Source of the DNA: an uncultured Bacilli bacterium
GTDB taxonomy: Bacteria > Bacillota_I > Bacilli_A > RF39 > UBA660
Assembly (NCBI GenBank): GCA_947623825.1
Contig: CANQHQ010000003.1
Coordinates: 4,220-68,219 of the forward strand
Length of the DNA stretch: 64,000 nucleotides
Direction of reading: 5' to 3'
This document shows, piece by piece, positions 27,924 through 37,925 of the stretch; position 1 is the stretch's first letter, and every line of letters starts with the position of its first letter. The notes under the pieces are model-generated. The model made no database searches. It worked only from the letters and a program-made list of their open reading frames with translations, and had not been told where the DNA came from. The translations under genes were made by a program, and so were the position numbers.

Positions 27924-30318
27924 CTTCTTCCCCTCCTAAAAAACTAAGTTTCGTGTATTTTTTGTATGAAACGATATTTTCTTCTTTATGGAAACAAATA
28001 TCTTTGTATCGACAGAACTCACATCCCACCAAATCTTTGCCAATCCGTTTGGGATTAATTGAGAAATCTCCCTCTCGAATTTTTTCGTCGGCTTCTGCAA
28101 TTCGTTCTTTGACGATTTCTTCCATTTTTTTCATTTTCTCTTTCGAGAGAACTTTCGAATAAGCATAAAATCCATTCTTACCTTTTTTCAATCCTTGAAT
28201 GAGGTGACTATCTTGATACGTCTCATCCAATTTCTCTAATAGTTCTTCCTCTTCTCTCGCATAACCAACCAATCTCAAATTTTTCTCTTTTTCTGTTTTA
28301 TAATCCTTTCCTTTTTGACGAGGAATTTCTTTATTGATAATTTTTTGGAGAAAAATTCCGATAACGATCGGATCTTCAAAATGGTGACTTTCTTCAATTA
28401 AATAAAGATAAACAGGTAACTGCATTCCAATTCCGTAAGGGATATGATTCAAATTATCTGGTAAGGTTCCTGTCTTATAATCGATGACCGAGAGATACGT
28501 TTTTCCCTCTTGTTGGGTATATAAAATCTTATCGACGATTCCCATAAAGGTAGTTTCTACATTTTCTTTCTTTGAGACAGGTAAATAAAATTTCTTTTCA
28601 TGCAGTTCTTCGGTAAGATCTGTCAGTTTCTTTTGCTTTTTCAATACAGCAATATCAAACAACAATTCCTCTCGTAACTTGTTTAATAGAACGATTTCAC
28701 TCGGTTCTAGGGAGTATTTTTCCTTTTCTTCCTGATAAACTCGGTCAAAATCAAAATCTTCTTTGAGGCACTGTTCTAAGACGGCATGAAAAATGGTTCC
28801 TACTCGAGTCGCAAAAGTTTCTTCAAACGAATCCAATTTTAAAATATTGGATAGATAATAACGGAATTGACAACGGAAGAAATGATCAATCGATGAATAT
28901 GATAATAGTAGTTTATGATTTAAGAATGTTTGAAACTCTTCTTTATCGATTCCTTTGAATTGATTATCAAAAGTCATATAAGGAATGGAATAAGATTGAT
29001 ATAAAGTAGGAAGTTCTGCTTCCACGACTCCATATTTATTTAATTTGTCTAGGTATCGCGAAAGAAGCACTTCATTGAAATCATTCGATGGTGCGATGCC
29101 ACTTTCTTTTTTAACGATTTGAAATCCCAGTTCTTCGATTAAAAGAGAAGGATTCCATTCATCAAAAGCACTCTTTTTCTTATATGTAATGGTTAGTTGT
29201 GGTATCCGAAAGAGAGAATTTTGGAGTGTTTCTTTTTCAATTTTATTTTTTTCATCACTGGTCCATAGACCTAATTCTTGCTTTTCTTTATCGGTTAGAA
29301 AGTCTTCATCTTTGTGAACTACTGGGAAATTTTCTTTATTGAATCCCAAAAGAAAACAGATATCCTCGTCTTGGACTTCCTCTAGACGAATGAGAGAAAC
29401 TTTGTTTTTGCGATGCGGAAGAGCTACTTTTTTCTTTTCGAACGAACGAGCGAGCAGTTCCGATATTTCGCTGATTTTTCCTTCGTACCAAGCATATTCG
29501 TTGAACACTTGGATCACGGATTCCATTTGTTGTTCCGAGGTCATTTCTTCCGTTAACTCATCGATGACTTCTTGAAACGTCTCTTTTTCTTTGATAAGTT
29601 CTAAGGCGCGTCTTCCGACACGAAGTTCTCCAAGAGATGGTTCTTCCTCTGTTTCGACAGGGATATGAAGAAGAGAAAAAAGACGATGAAGCGGATATTT
29701 GTATTCTTTACTTAAATTCACAATTTTAATGTTTTGAATAGGAACTCCCGAACGAAGCGTCTCGATGATTTTCCCACCTACGGCACCAATTTCCTGTTCT
29801 ATATCAGGAAACTCATACACTTCGCGTTGTCTTGGTGAAACTGGTTCTTCTTCGATTACTTCTACTTCCCAATTTTGAAACAATTTTTGATAAAACGGAT
29901 CGAGAACGTATCCATAAACCAAGATTTTCCGATTTTTCAAGAGAAAAGGAAAGAAAGCATCTTTTTCAATCCATCCTCGTTCTTCTAGTTCCTCTTTTAA
30001 ATGAACTAGATGCATGAGTTTTTCACTTTCATACGTCTTTTTTTCTAAGTACGGCAATATAGAAAGTTCTTCTTCGATAATGGAAACTTTTTTCTGTTCT
30101 CGTTTTAATAAATAAGGCATTGCTTCTCTCGAAACCACACCAAAATAACGAGAAAGAAATTCTTCTAAACTCATGATTTTGACTGGATAGAGTCTTTGTG
30201 ATTCGGCCATTTCTAGAAGAATTTTCTTTTTTCTTTCTCGCGATGTGATCAGTAAGGTTGGTTCTTTGATTTTTTCTAATATGTTCATAGTTCCATAAGG
30301 TATGTCCTTATGATTCAC
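27916..30318 (-). CDS. addB: ATP-dependent helicase/nuclease subunit B (AddB/RexB)
   Basis: 800 aa. C-terminal Fe-S/nuclease cysteines CEFCRYKDICFHK. Gene order is addB-addA. The exact start is ambiguous: the listed start is a GTG and an ATG lies 10 codons in. Confidence 0.8.
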   Translation of the reverse strand: MNHKDIPYGTMNILEKIKEPTLLITSRERKKKILLEMAESQRLYPVKIMSLEEFLSRYFGVVSREAMPYLLKREQKKVSIIEEELSILPYLEKKTYESEKLMHLVHLKEELEERGWIEKDAFFPFLLKNRKILVYGYVLDPFYQKLFQNWEVEVIEEEPVSPRQREVYEFPDIEQEIGAVGGKIIETLRSGVPIQNIKIVNLSKEYKYPLHRLFSLLHIPVETEEEPSLGELRVGRRALELIKEKETFQEVIDELTEEMTSEQQMESVIQVFNEYAWYEGKISEISELLARSFEKKKVALPHRKNKVSLIRLEEVQDEDICFLLGFNKENFPVVHKDEDFLTDKEKQELGLWTSDEKNKIEKETLQNSLFRIPQLTITYKKKSAFDEWNPSLLIEELGFQIVKKESGIAPSNDFNEVLLSRYLDKLNKYGVVEAELPTLYQSYSIPYMTFDNQFKGIDKEEFQTFLNHKLLLSYSSIDHFFRCQFRYYLSNILKLDSFEETFATRVGTIFHAVLEQCLKEDFDFDRVYQEEKEKYSLEPSEIVLLNKLREELLFDIAVLKKQKKLTDLTEELHEKKFYLPVSKKENVETTFMGIVDKILYTQQEGKTYLSVIDYKTGTLPDNLNHIPYGIGMQLPVYLYLIEESHHFEDPIVIGIFLQKIINKEIPRQKGKDYKTEKEKNLRLVGYAREEEELLEKLDETYQDSHLIQGLKKGKNGFYAYSKVLSKEKMKKMEEIVKERIAEADEKIREGDFSINPKRIGKDLVGCEFCRYKDICFHKEENIVSYKKYTKLSFLGGEEDA

Positions 30319-30392
30319 CTCCCTTTTATTATACCATTCTCCTTTGCTTCTTGGACGAAAGTCTTGAAAAAAGAAGAAAAGATTGGGCTTTT

Positions 30393-30421
30393 TATAAAAA
30401 AATAGGCATCTTTATGCCTAT
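30393..30421 (-). terminator. Rho-independent terminator of pyk
   Basis: Minus strand: ATAGGCAT AAAG ATGCCTAT then TTTTTTATAAAAAG. Confidence 0.6.
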
Positions 30422-30434
30422 CCTTTTCGTTCCT

Positions 30435-31841
30435 TTATTGACCAATTTCTTCAATTTTAAGAAAATTGGTATGGGCTTCGATTGGAAAACCTCCAATAAT
30501 CGCAACGATTTCTTTTTCTTTTAAATTCATAAATTCCCGGGCAGCCTTCATTGCAGTTTGGACGATATCGTCCGTATCTTGAAAAACAGGAACCACTTTC
30601 GTATAGACACCCCATTTGAGAGAAAGACTTCTTGCGACTTTTTCATCGGTTACCGTCGCTAAAATGAACGCATCCGGCCGCAACGAAGAAATGTCGAGAG
30701 CTGTTTTTCCAGTCAATGTTGATACGACTACTACTTGGATAGGAAGACAAGTCGTTGCTTTCACGGCACATTCCGCAATGGTATTATGAATTTTCGTTCC
30801 CTTCAATTTGTATTCACTTAAGTTATATTTCGTAATTTTTTCGACTTTTTCGCAGATAGAGGTCATCATTTGGATGGTTTCAATTGGATAGGCACCAATG
30901 GTCGTTTCATCGCTTGTCATGATGGCATCACAACCTGCCAAAACGGCATTGGCCACATCCGTTACTTCTGCATTGGTCGGGCGAATGTTTGTTTTCATAC
31001 TATACATCATTTGCGTCGCCATGATGACTCCTTTTCCATTCGCATGACAGGCATCAATCATTCGTTGTTGATGAAGTGGTAAATTTTCTACTCCTGTTTC
31101 AATTCCTAAATCTCCACGTGCGACCATGATGTAATCCGAAACTTCGACAATTTCCTCGAGATTATCCATCGCATACTGTGTTTCCACTTTCGAAATAATA
31201 GGCATCTCTTTACGACCGAACTTTTCACATAGGGCTTTAACTGCCAACACATCTTCCTTACTATTGACGAACGAAATCGCTAAATAGTCTCCATCATGTT
31301 CACAAGCATAACGAATATCTTCTAAATCTTGCGGAGAGATATAAGGAACATCTAGTTTCATTCCTGGTATGCAGACTCCTCTTCGACTCTTGATTTTTCC
31401 AGAGTTTTTGATTTCACAGGTAACCCCGTCTTCCTCTTTCGAAAGAACTTCTAAGCGATAAAATCCATCGTCAATTAAGATAGTTGCGCCAACAGGAACT
31501 TTTTGAACTACTCCTCGATAATTCAAGGAAATTCTCTCCTGATTTCCTACTACTTCTTCTTCAACGATGCGAATGCGGTTTCCTGCGACTAATTCTATTT
31601 CTTCTGTTTCAAAACCGCAAGTTCTTAAATCTGGCCCTTTTGTATCATAAAGAATTCCAATATTGGCTCCCAATTCTTGGTTGGCTCTTCGAACTAAAGC
31701 AAGATCTTTTTCGATTTCCTCGACCGTGGCATGAGAAAAATTGATTCTTGCCACATTCATTCCGGCTTCCACTAATCCTCGAAATTTCTCCCAAGGTTCA
31801 CTGGCAGGTCCAATACTACAAATAATTTTTGTTTTCTTCAT
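30435..31841 (-). CDS. pyk: Pyruvate kinase
   Basis: MKKTKIICSIGPAS...ARINFSHA...MVARGDLGIE, the canonical PK motifs. 468 aa with no PEP-utilizer C-terminal extension. Confidence 0.95.
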   Translation of the reverse strand: MKKTKIICSIGPASEPWEKFRGLVEAGMNVARINFSHATVEEIEKDLALVRRANQELGANIGILYDTKGPDLRTCGFETEEIELVAGNRIRIVEEEVVGNQERISLNYRGVVQKVPVGATILIDDGFYRLEVLSKEEDGVTCEIKNSGKIKSRRGVCIPGMKLDVPYISPQDLEDIRYACEHDGDYLAISFVNSKEDVLAVKALCEKFGRKEMPIISKVETQYAMDNLEEIVEVSDYIMVARGDLGIETGVENLPLHQQRMIDACHANGKGVIMATQMMYSMKTNIRPTNAEVTDVANAVLAGCDAIMTSDETTIGAYPIETIQMMTSICEKVEKITKYNLSEYKLKGTKIHNTIAECAVKATTCLPIQVVVVSTLTGKTALDISSLRPDAFILATVTDEKVARSLSLKWGVYTKVVPVFQDTDDIVQTAMKAAREFMNLKEKEIVAIIGGFPIEAHTNFLKIEEIGQ

Positions 31842-31922
31842 CTTTCTTCTCCCTCTTCCTACTTCCTATATTTTCAAGATGATTATATAACGAGATGACA
31901 ACGAATGCAAGGAACGGTTCCC

Positions 31923-32744
31923 TTACTTTTGACACTTTGGACAATAATAGGTTCCCCTTCCCCCTACTTCGATTTTGCGAATGCTCTCTCCACAAAGAGG
32001 ACATGGTTCTTTCTGTTTTCCATGAACTTTCAAATGTTGTTGAAACAGACCATGTACACCTTCTTCTGAAGTGTAACTTCGAATGGTGGTTCCTCCCTCT
32101 TGAATGGCTTCCATTAGAATTTCACGCGTATGCGTAAGGATGTCTTCCCGATTTTTCTTTGTCAATCGAGAAGCCTTTTTTAATGGTGAAATCCCCGACG
32201 CAAAAAGAATTTCATCCGCATAAATATTTCCGATTCCGGCGATAATTCTTTGATCTAACAACACGGTTTTAATCGGTAAATTGCTTTTTCGTATCTTTTC
32301 TTTTAGGTAGGCTTCGGTTAATTTTTTATCATTGAATTCTAACCCCAGTTCACTGAGTGGCTTTTGCGTCTCCATTTCCTTTTTCGGAAGCAAAACCATT
32401 TTTCCAAATTTACGGACATCATGAAAACGTAATTCTTCGTCATGATCTAGTGTAAAAATAACATGTTCATGTTTTCCTCTTGGCTCGTTTTTGTCACGAT
32501 AGAAGAATTTTCCTTCCATCCGAAGATGAACGAGAAGACACTTTTCTCCTAGATCAAAGACAATCCATTTTCCTCTTGTCATAATATCGTAAATCTTCTG
32601 ATTTTGAATTTGTTCTTTCCATTCGGAAACACTGGGAGAAAGAATGATATTTTCATGAAACACTTCTGCACTTTCAATCGTTCTTTGTAATAAATGTTTT
32701 TTTAATTTTTTCGCCGTGGTGACTACTTCTGGTTTTTCTGGCAT
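31923..32744 (-). CDS. mutM: Formamidopyrimidine-DNA glycosylase
   Basis: The N-terminus MPEKPEV carries the catalytic Pro2 and Glu3. The C-terminal zinc finger is CPLCGESIRKIEVGGRGTYYCPKCQ. Confidence 0.9.
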   Translation of the reverse strand: MPEKPEVVTTAKKLKKHLLQRTIESAEVFHENIILSPSVSEWKEQIQNQKIYDIMTRGKWIVFDLGEKCLLVHLRMEGKFFYRDKNEPRGKHEHVIFTLDHDEELRFHDVRKFGKMVLLPKKEMETQKPLSELGLEFNDKKLTEAYLKEKIRKSNLPIKTVLLDQRIIAGIGNIYADEILFASGISPLKKASRLTKKNREDILTHTREILMEAIQEGGTTIRSYTSEEGVHGLFQQHLKVHGKQKEPCPLCGESIRKIEVGGRGTYYCPKCQK

Positions 32745-32753
32745 CGTTTTCTC

Positions 32754-33605
32754 CTATTCTACTACTTCGATGGTGACATATCGAATTCGAAATTTTTTCT
32801 TTCTCATTTTTTTGGTCATTCTTTTTTCTAATTTTAACAATCGATGAATCTTGATATTTTCATCGATTCGAACTTTGATTTCGGCTTGGTAATACGTCCC
32901 GTACTTCACTAAGGTTACTTGTTTCACATCGACGAGAGGAATTGTTTCCAATTCTTTCTCAATCTCTTTTTGAAGTTCTTCATCCTCCTCGTTTTCTCCA
33001 ATCAACGCAATGATATTTTCTTTCAATACTTGAAATGCCATTTGTAAAACCAAAAAGGCAATGATTATGCTTCCTACTTGGTTGGCGTAGCGAAAGATTT
33101 GGACTTGATTAGAAAACAACATGAGAATGTTTGCTAAGAAAACAAGAACGGAAGAAGCAACGTCTGCAAACGATTCTTTTGACGAAGCAATCAAGACGTT
33201 ACTTTTTAATTTTTTTCCTTCTTTACTTAGAATGAGACAAGCACCCATTTTTAGAAGAAAGCAGAAGAAAATCATACCAAAAATCCATGGTTCTGGTGTT
33301 TGGGGTGTTCCTAGAAAACTTTCAACTAAAAGAAACATGCCAAGACAAAAGATGATGATTCCTACAAAGGAATTTGTTACATATTCAATTTGTCCATAAC
33401 CAAAAGGATGAATTTTATTTGGTTTTTTCTTCGACAACTTCGCCCCGATGAGAGCGACGATATCCGTCACAAAATCACTGAAAGTATGAATTCCATCTGA
33501 GATTAAGGAAGAATTCTTTCCGAGTATCCCGCTTCCTATTTTGATTGTGGCAAGAAACGCGTTGTTTATCATACTTAGACGTAATATGTTTTTTTCTCTA
33601 TTCAT
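32754..33605 (-). CDS. Cation diffusion facilitator family transporter
   Basis: 283 aa. The N-terminal transmembrane domain has the CDF signature (SDGIHTFSDFVTDIVALIG). C-terminal cytoplasmic domain. Confidence 0.8.
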   Translation of the reverse strand: MNREKNILRLSMINNAFLATIKIGSGILGKNSSLISDGIHTFSDFVTDIVALIGAKLSKKKPNKIHPFGYGQIEYVTNSFVGIIIFCLGMFLLVESFLGTPQTPEPWIFGMIFFCFLLKMGACLILSKEGKKLKSNVLIASSKESFADVASSVLVFLANILMLFSNQVQIFRYANQVGSIIIAFLVLQMAFQVLKENIIALIGENEEDEELQKEIEKELETIPLVDVKQVTLVKYGTYYQAEIKVRIDENIKIHRLLKLEKRMTKKMRKKKFRIRYVTIEVVE

Positions 33606-33613
33606 TTTTTCGC

Positions 33614-36226
33614 CTACTTTGCTTCATACCAGTCATTTCCCATTTCAATATCTACTAATAATGGAACATTTAATCGATACGTATTTTCCATGATTCTCTT
33701 GACAATTTCTTTTACTGTATCTAGTTCCTCTAATACGACATTGAAGACTAATTCATCGTGTACCTGAATTAACATTTTACTTTTGAGATTCTTTTCCTTA
33801 AATTCTTGATAAATCTCAATCATGGCTTTTTTTAATATATCGGCACTACTTCCTTGAATCGGTGTATTGAGAGCGATTCTTTCTCCTTGGCTACGAATCA
33901 AATAATTCTTATTTTGCAATTCTTCGATTTTTCTTTTTCGGTTCATAACAGTTTTTACATACCCTGTTTCATAGGCCTTTTGAATCGATTCATCCATATA
34001 TTTTTTTATTTCGGGATAACTTTCTAGATATCCATCAATAAAATCTTTCGCACTAGCAATATCAATTCCTAAATCTTCCGATAGGCCAAAACTACTGATT
34101 CCATACAAAATACCAAAATTGACTGCTTTGGCCGTTCTTCTCATGTCCTTTGTCACATTTTCTAGAGGTACATGGAAAATATCAGAAGCGGTTTTCGCGT
34201 GGATGTCTTTTTCTTCATGAAAGGCTTTAATGAGATTATCTACGCCTGCCAAAGAAGCAAAAATACGTAATTCAATTTGCGAGTAATCGCTCGATAAAAT
34301 GAGACTGTTTGGTTCTGGAACAAAGGCTTTCCGAATCAATCTTCCCTCTTCTGTGCGAATTGGAATGTTTTGAAGATTCGGAGAAATACTAGAAAGTCTT
34401 CCTGTTCTCGTCAACGTCTGATTAAAAATCGTATGAATTTTTCCATCTTCGGCTACTTCTGCGAGTAATCCAATAATATAAGTGGCTTTTAGTTTGGTTA
34501 ACATTCGGTATTCTAAAATATCTTCGATAATCGGATAGTGAGGGGCTAATTTATCCAAAATATCTTTGCTTGTGGAATAGTTTCCGTCTTTGACCTTTTT
34601 TGGATAAGGAATGTTTAATTTTTCAAAAAGAATCGTACCCAATTGTTTTGGAGAGGAAATATTAAAACTTTCCCCCGCAATGGTTTCAATTTCTTTTTCT
34701 AGTTTCTCAATTCGGGCATCCAAATCTTTTCCCATCTGAATTAGATAATCACAATTGACTGAGATTCCGGTTTGTTCCATATCTCGTAAAACATCTACTA
34801 GAGGCATTTCAATATCATTAAATAAAGTAAGGTCTCCTTCTTCTTCTAACTCTTTTAAGAAGCGTTCTTTGGTTTCATAAATAAATTTTGCTTTAGAGAC
34901 AATCACTTTTGCGTAATCTTCTTTTTCCGGTAATTTCTCTTTTCCTGGTTTTCCAAAGAATTCTTCGTAGAAAGGAATCGATTCTTTTTGTGTGTTTGCC
35001 AAATAAGCGATATCATCTTTGATATTGTAATTTAAAAGATAAGTCGCTATCATCGTATCGAAATGACAATTCTTGATATTGCACCCTTCTCGGATGAGAA
35101 CATACCATAATTTCTTTAAATCATATGTGTATTTTTCTTCTTTTCCCATTAAAAATTCTGGATTTTTCTTCAATACTTCCATCGGAATAAAGGCACTGAG
35201 ATTTTCCCCATAGAGTCCTACTCCAATTGCTTCAGCCTTATGATAATTTTCTCCTAATACTTCTAGATAAATGGCAAACTTTTCGGGAAGAGAGACTTGA
35301 TTTACGTCATCTATTTTTTCGTACGTCCATTCTTTCTTCTCTTCTTGGCGAATGTCTTCTTGCGGAATATCTAGTTTTTTTATTAAGGAGAAAAACTCTA
35401 ATTCTTCTAACAATTTGACATATTGTAAGGCATCGATTCCATGATATTGAATATGATTTAAATCGGTATCGATTGGAACTTCTCGATAGATGGTGGCAAT
35501 TTCTTTACTCATGTAGGCATTTTCTTTATCCATCAATAATTTTTCTTTGGTTTTACCCTTAATATCCTCAATATGGGCATACAAATTATCTAAGGTTTGA
35601 TATTCCGAAAGTAAAGAGATGGCTGTTTTTTCTCCGATTCCTTTGACTCCAGGAATATTATCACTCGCGTCACCCATTAAGGCTTTTAAATCAATCATAC
35701 CGATGGGTTCTACTCCATACGTTTCTTTGAACGTTTCTCGGTTCATACGCACAAAACCAGTCTGCTTTAATAGTTTCACATCGACTTCGTCACTGATTAA
35801 TTGTAATAAATCTTTGTCACTACTGATAATCGTCGCATTGAAAGTTGGATCTTCCTCTACCTTTTTGGCAAACGTTCCGATAATATCATCGGCTTCGTAA
35901 TTGTCGATTTCAAAATAATGAATTCCCATCGCCTCACATAGTTCTTTGGCGACAGGAAATTGTAATTTTAAATCATCCGGAGTCTCATTTCTTCCGCCTT
36001 TGTAGTCTTTATATTTTTCGTGACGAAAGGTTTTTCCTTTATCGAACGCAATCATGATATATTCTGGCTTCTCTTCGTGAATGATTTTATTTATCATATT
36101 GATAAAGCCATAGATGGCATTGGTCGGGAACCCTTTTGAGTTTCTCATGATATTCCCTGTGTAACTCGTCGCAAAATAACTTCGAAACAATAAATTATTT
36201 CCATCTACTAAAATGACTTTTTTCAT
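33614..36226 (-). CDS. polA: DNA polymerase I
   Basis: 5'-3' exonuclease N-terminus MKKVILVDGNNLLFRSYFA. Polymerase motifs RRTAKAVNFGILYG and QVHDELVF at the C-terminus. I moved the start to the ATG at 36226 (GGAGG Shine-Dalgarno); the listed start is over-extended. Confidence 0.9.
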   Translation of the reverse strand: MKKVILVDGNNLLFRSYFATSYTGNIMRNSKGFPTNAIYGFINMINKIIHEEKPEYIMIAFDKGKTFRHEKYKDYKGGRNETPDDLKLQFPVAKELCEAMGIHYFEIDNYEADDIIGTFAKKVEEDPTFNATIISSDKDLLQLISDEVDVKLLKQTGFVRMNRETFKETYGVEPIGMIDLKALMGDASDNIPGVKGIGEKTAISLLSEYQTLDNLYAHIEDIKGKTKEKLLMDKENAYMSKEIATIYREVPIDTDLNHIQYHGIDALQYVKLLEELEFFSLIKKLDIPQEDIRQEEKKEWTYEKIDDVNQVSLPEKFAIYLEVLGENYHKAEAIGVGLYGENLSAFIPMEVLKKNPEFLMGKEEKYTYDLKKLWYVLIREGCNIKNCHFDTMIATYLLNYNIKDDIAYLANTQKESIPFYEEFFGKPGKEKLPEKEDYAKVIVSKAKFIYETKERFLKELEEEGDLTLFNDIEMPLVDVLRDMEQTGISVNCDYLIQMGKDLDARIEKLEKEIETIAGESFNISSPKQLGTILFEKLNIPYPKKVKDGNYSTSKDILDKLAPHYPIIEDILEYRMLTKLKATYIIGLLAEVAEDGKIHTIFNQTLTRTGRLSSISPNLQNIPIRTEEGRLIRKAFVPEPNSLILSSDYSQIELRIFASLAGVDNLIKAFHEEKDIHAKTASDIFHVPLENVTKDMRRTAKAVNFGILYGISSFGLSEDLGIDIASAKDFIDGYLESYPEIKKYMDESIQKAYETGYVKTVMNRKRKIEELQNKNYLIRSQGERIALNTPIQGSSADILKKAMIEIYQEFKEKNLKSKMLIQVHDELVFNVVLEELDTVKEIVKRIMENTYRLNVPLLVDIEMGNDWYEAK

Positions 36227-36303
36227 CTGTTCTTCCTCCTCTGTTATTTTTCTTCTCCTTTTTATTATATCATGACCCAATGAAGATACCAAGAAATTCA
36301 GGC

Positions 36304-36459
36304 TTAGATTTTTTGAAATGCTACTACTTGATTCGGATACACATTTCTTTCTTTACTTTCTAAAAAATTCAATCGTTTCATCACAAATACACTGAAAAGG
36401 ATGACAATAATATACATTGCGATTAAATATTTCCCTTCGTTTTTTTCTAATTGATCCAT
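36304..36459 (-). CDS. Small single-transmembrane protein (51 aa), divergent from lexA. Candidate SOS-induced cell-division inhibitor (YneA/SosA-like by position).
   Basis: MDQLEKNEGKYLIAMYIIVILFSVFVMKRLNFLESKERNVYPNQVVAFQKI. GAGGAGG Shine-Dalgarno 7 nt upstream. Its promoter is TTGACA, 17 nt, then TACAAT, and the spacer is itself a Cheo box (see next feature). Confidence 0.5.
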   Translation of the reverse strand: MDQLEKNEGKYLIAMYIIVILFSVFVMKRLNFLESKERNVYPNQVVAFQKI

Positions 36460-36489
36460 ATTATCCCTCCTCATGATTCCATTGTATTT

Positions 36490-36503
36490 CAAACAATTGT
36501 TCG
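36490..36503. promoter_or_regulatory. LexA (Cheo) box 1, lying inside the spacer of the minus-strand promoter of the 51-aa gene
   Basis: The minus strand reads CGAACAATTGTTTG. The Bacillus SOS-box consensus is CGAACRNRYGTTCG; there is one mismatch. It sits between TTGACA (plus 36509..36504) and TACAAT (plus 36486..36481). Confidence 0.55.
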
Positions 36504-36517
36504 TGTCAATTATTTTT

Positions 36518-36531
36518 TGAACATTTGTTTG
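36518..36531. promoter_or_regulatory. LexA (Cheo) box 2, overlapping the -35 of the lexA promoter
   Basis: TGAACATTTGTTTG has a good GAAC half-site and a GTTT half-site. The lexA promoter is TTGACA (36529..36534), 17 nt, then TAAGAT (36552..36557). Shine-Dalgarno AAAGGAGG. Confidence 0.45.
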
Positions 36532-36579
36532 ACATTTGACGTCATATGTGTTAAGATGACATTAAAGGAGGCATAGGAT

Positions 36580-37197
36580 ATGGGAGATTTAACCAATCGA
36601 CAAGCAGAAATTTTAAAAGCATTGAAAATTTTTTTAGCCAAGAAAGGGTTCCCACCTACAGTACGGGAACTTGGACAAGCAGTCGGGCTTTCTTCCCCTG
36701 CAACCATTCAATTTCATTTAAATAAACTGGAAGAAAAAGGATATATTCGAAAAGATCCATCCAAAAATAGAACCATCGAATTATTAGTAGAGAATGAATA
36801 TTTAGAAAAGGATGAAAAAGCCGTAGATATTCCTCTTCTCGGAAAGGTAACTGCTGGAAATCCCATCGAGGCCATCGAGATGCCAGATGAATTTTTCTGT
36901 CTACCTGTCAATTTACTTCCTAATAAAAAAGAAGTTTTTGCGCTTCGTGTCAGTGGAGAATCCATGATTAATGTCGGAATTTATGACGGGGATATCATTA
37001 TTGTCGAAAGAAAAGCAACGGCTAATAATGGAGAAACAGTTGTGGCGATGACAGAAGATAATAAAGTAACTGTAAAGACTTTCTATAAAGAGAAAGATCA
37101 TATTCGCCTACAACCAGAAAATGATTTCATGGAGCCGATTCTTTTACCGAATGTCACTATTTTGGGAAAAGTGGTTGGTCTCTATCGTCAATTATAA
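36580..37197 (+). CDS. lexA: LexA repressor
   Basis: N-terminal winged helix-turn-helix. Cleavage-site region VTAGNPIEAI. S24 peptidase segment GESMINVGIYDGDIIIVE. 205 aa. Confidence 0.9.
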   Translation: MGDLTNRQAEILKALKIFLAKKGFPPTVRELGQAVGLSSPATIQFHLNKLEEKGYIRKDPSKNRTIELLVENEYLEKDEKAVDIPLLGKVTAGNPIEAIEMPDEFFCLPVNLLPNKKEVFALRVSGESMINVGIYDGDIIIVERKATANNGETVVAMTEDNKVTVKTFYKEKDHIRLQPENDFMEPILLPNVTILGKVVGLYRQL

Positions 37198-37220
37198 TTC
37201 TGATTGTGATTCTTTTCTTA

Positions 37221-37252
37221 AAAAGACCAGTTCTACTCTGAACTGGTCTTTT
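37221..37252. terminator. Bidirectional rho-independent terminator between the convergent lexA and tcdA genes
   Basis: Perfect 13-bp inverted repeat AAAAGACCAGTTC tactct GAACTGGTCTTTT. It has A-runs and T-runs on both sides. Confidence 0.7.
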
Positions 37253-37925
37253 ATTTTATCGTTTGACGAATGATATAACTAGCGATTAAAAGTCCCGCTG
37301 CGGGTGGGACAAAACTACTGGATGGAATCGTTTTTCCTTCCCTCTTTTGAGGAGGTTCTGTACTACAAACGACCGGAATCTTACCTCGGATCCGATTGTC
37401 TTTTACGTATTTTCTTAATCTTCTGGCCAAAGGATCATTGGAGGTTTTTCGAAGATCCATGATTTCCAATTTACTTGGATCCAATCTCTTACCTGTTCCC
37501 ATACTAGAAATCAAAGGAATCTGATGGTCTAAACTATAAGATAAGAGTGTTTCTTTGGTAGAAATGGTGTCACAAGCATCGACGATAAAATCCAAGGGAT
37601 AGGAATTTAGTTTTTCGATATTCTCTTTCTTTAAGCAAAGGTCAATGGCTTCTACCTGACAATTTGGATTGATCTTTCGAATTCTTTCTTGGAATGCGGA
37701 TACTTTCTTTTGACCTATGGTATCATCCGTGGCAATAATTTGGCGATTTTTATTGCTTTCAGAAACAACATCGTAATCTATAAGGTAAAGGTGTTCTACT
37801 CCTGAACGAGTCAATGCTTCAACTACTGCTCCTCCGACACCTCCGACACCAACAATCAAAACATGGAGTTGTTTCACTCTTTCTAAGTTCTCTTGGCCAA
37901 TGAAAAGTTCCCATCGTTCTAGCAT
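37251..37925 (-). CDS. tcdA: tRNA threonylcarbamoyladenosine dehydratase (ThiF/MoeB E1-like; TcdA/CsdL family)
   Basis: The Rossmann motif VLIVGVGGVGGAVVEALTRSGV, its 224-aa size and the downstream conserved acidic residues fit the TcdA subfamily of E1-like enzymes. Promoter TTGACA, 18 nt, then TACAAT, directly upstream. Confidence 0.75.
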   Translation of the reverse strand: MLERWELFIGQENLERVKQLHVLIVGVGGVGGAVVEALTRSGVEHLYLIDYDVVSESNKNRQIIATDDTIGQKKVSAFQERIRKINPNCQVEAIDLCLKKENIEKLNSYPLDFIVDACDTISTKETLLSYSLDHQIPLISSMGTGKRLDPSKLEIMDLRKTSNDPLARRLRKYVKDNRIRGKIPVVCSTEPPQKREGKTIPSSSFVPPAAGLLIASYIIRQTIK

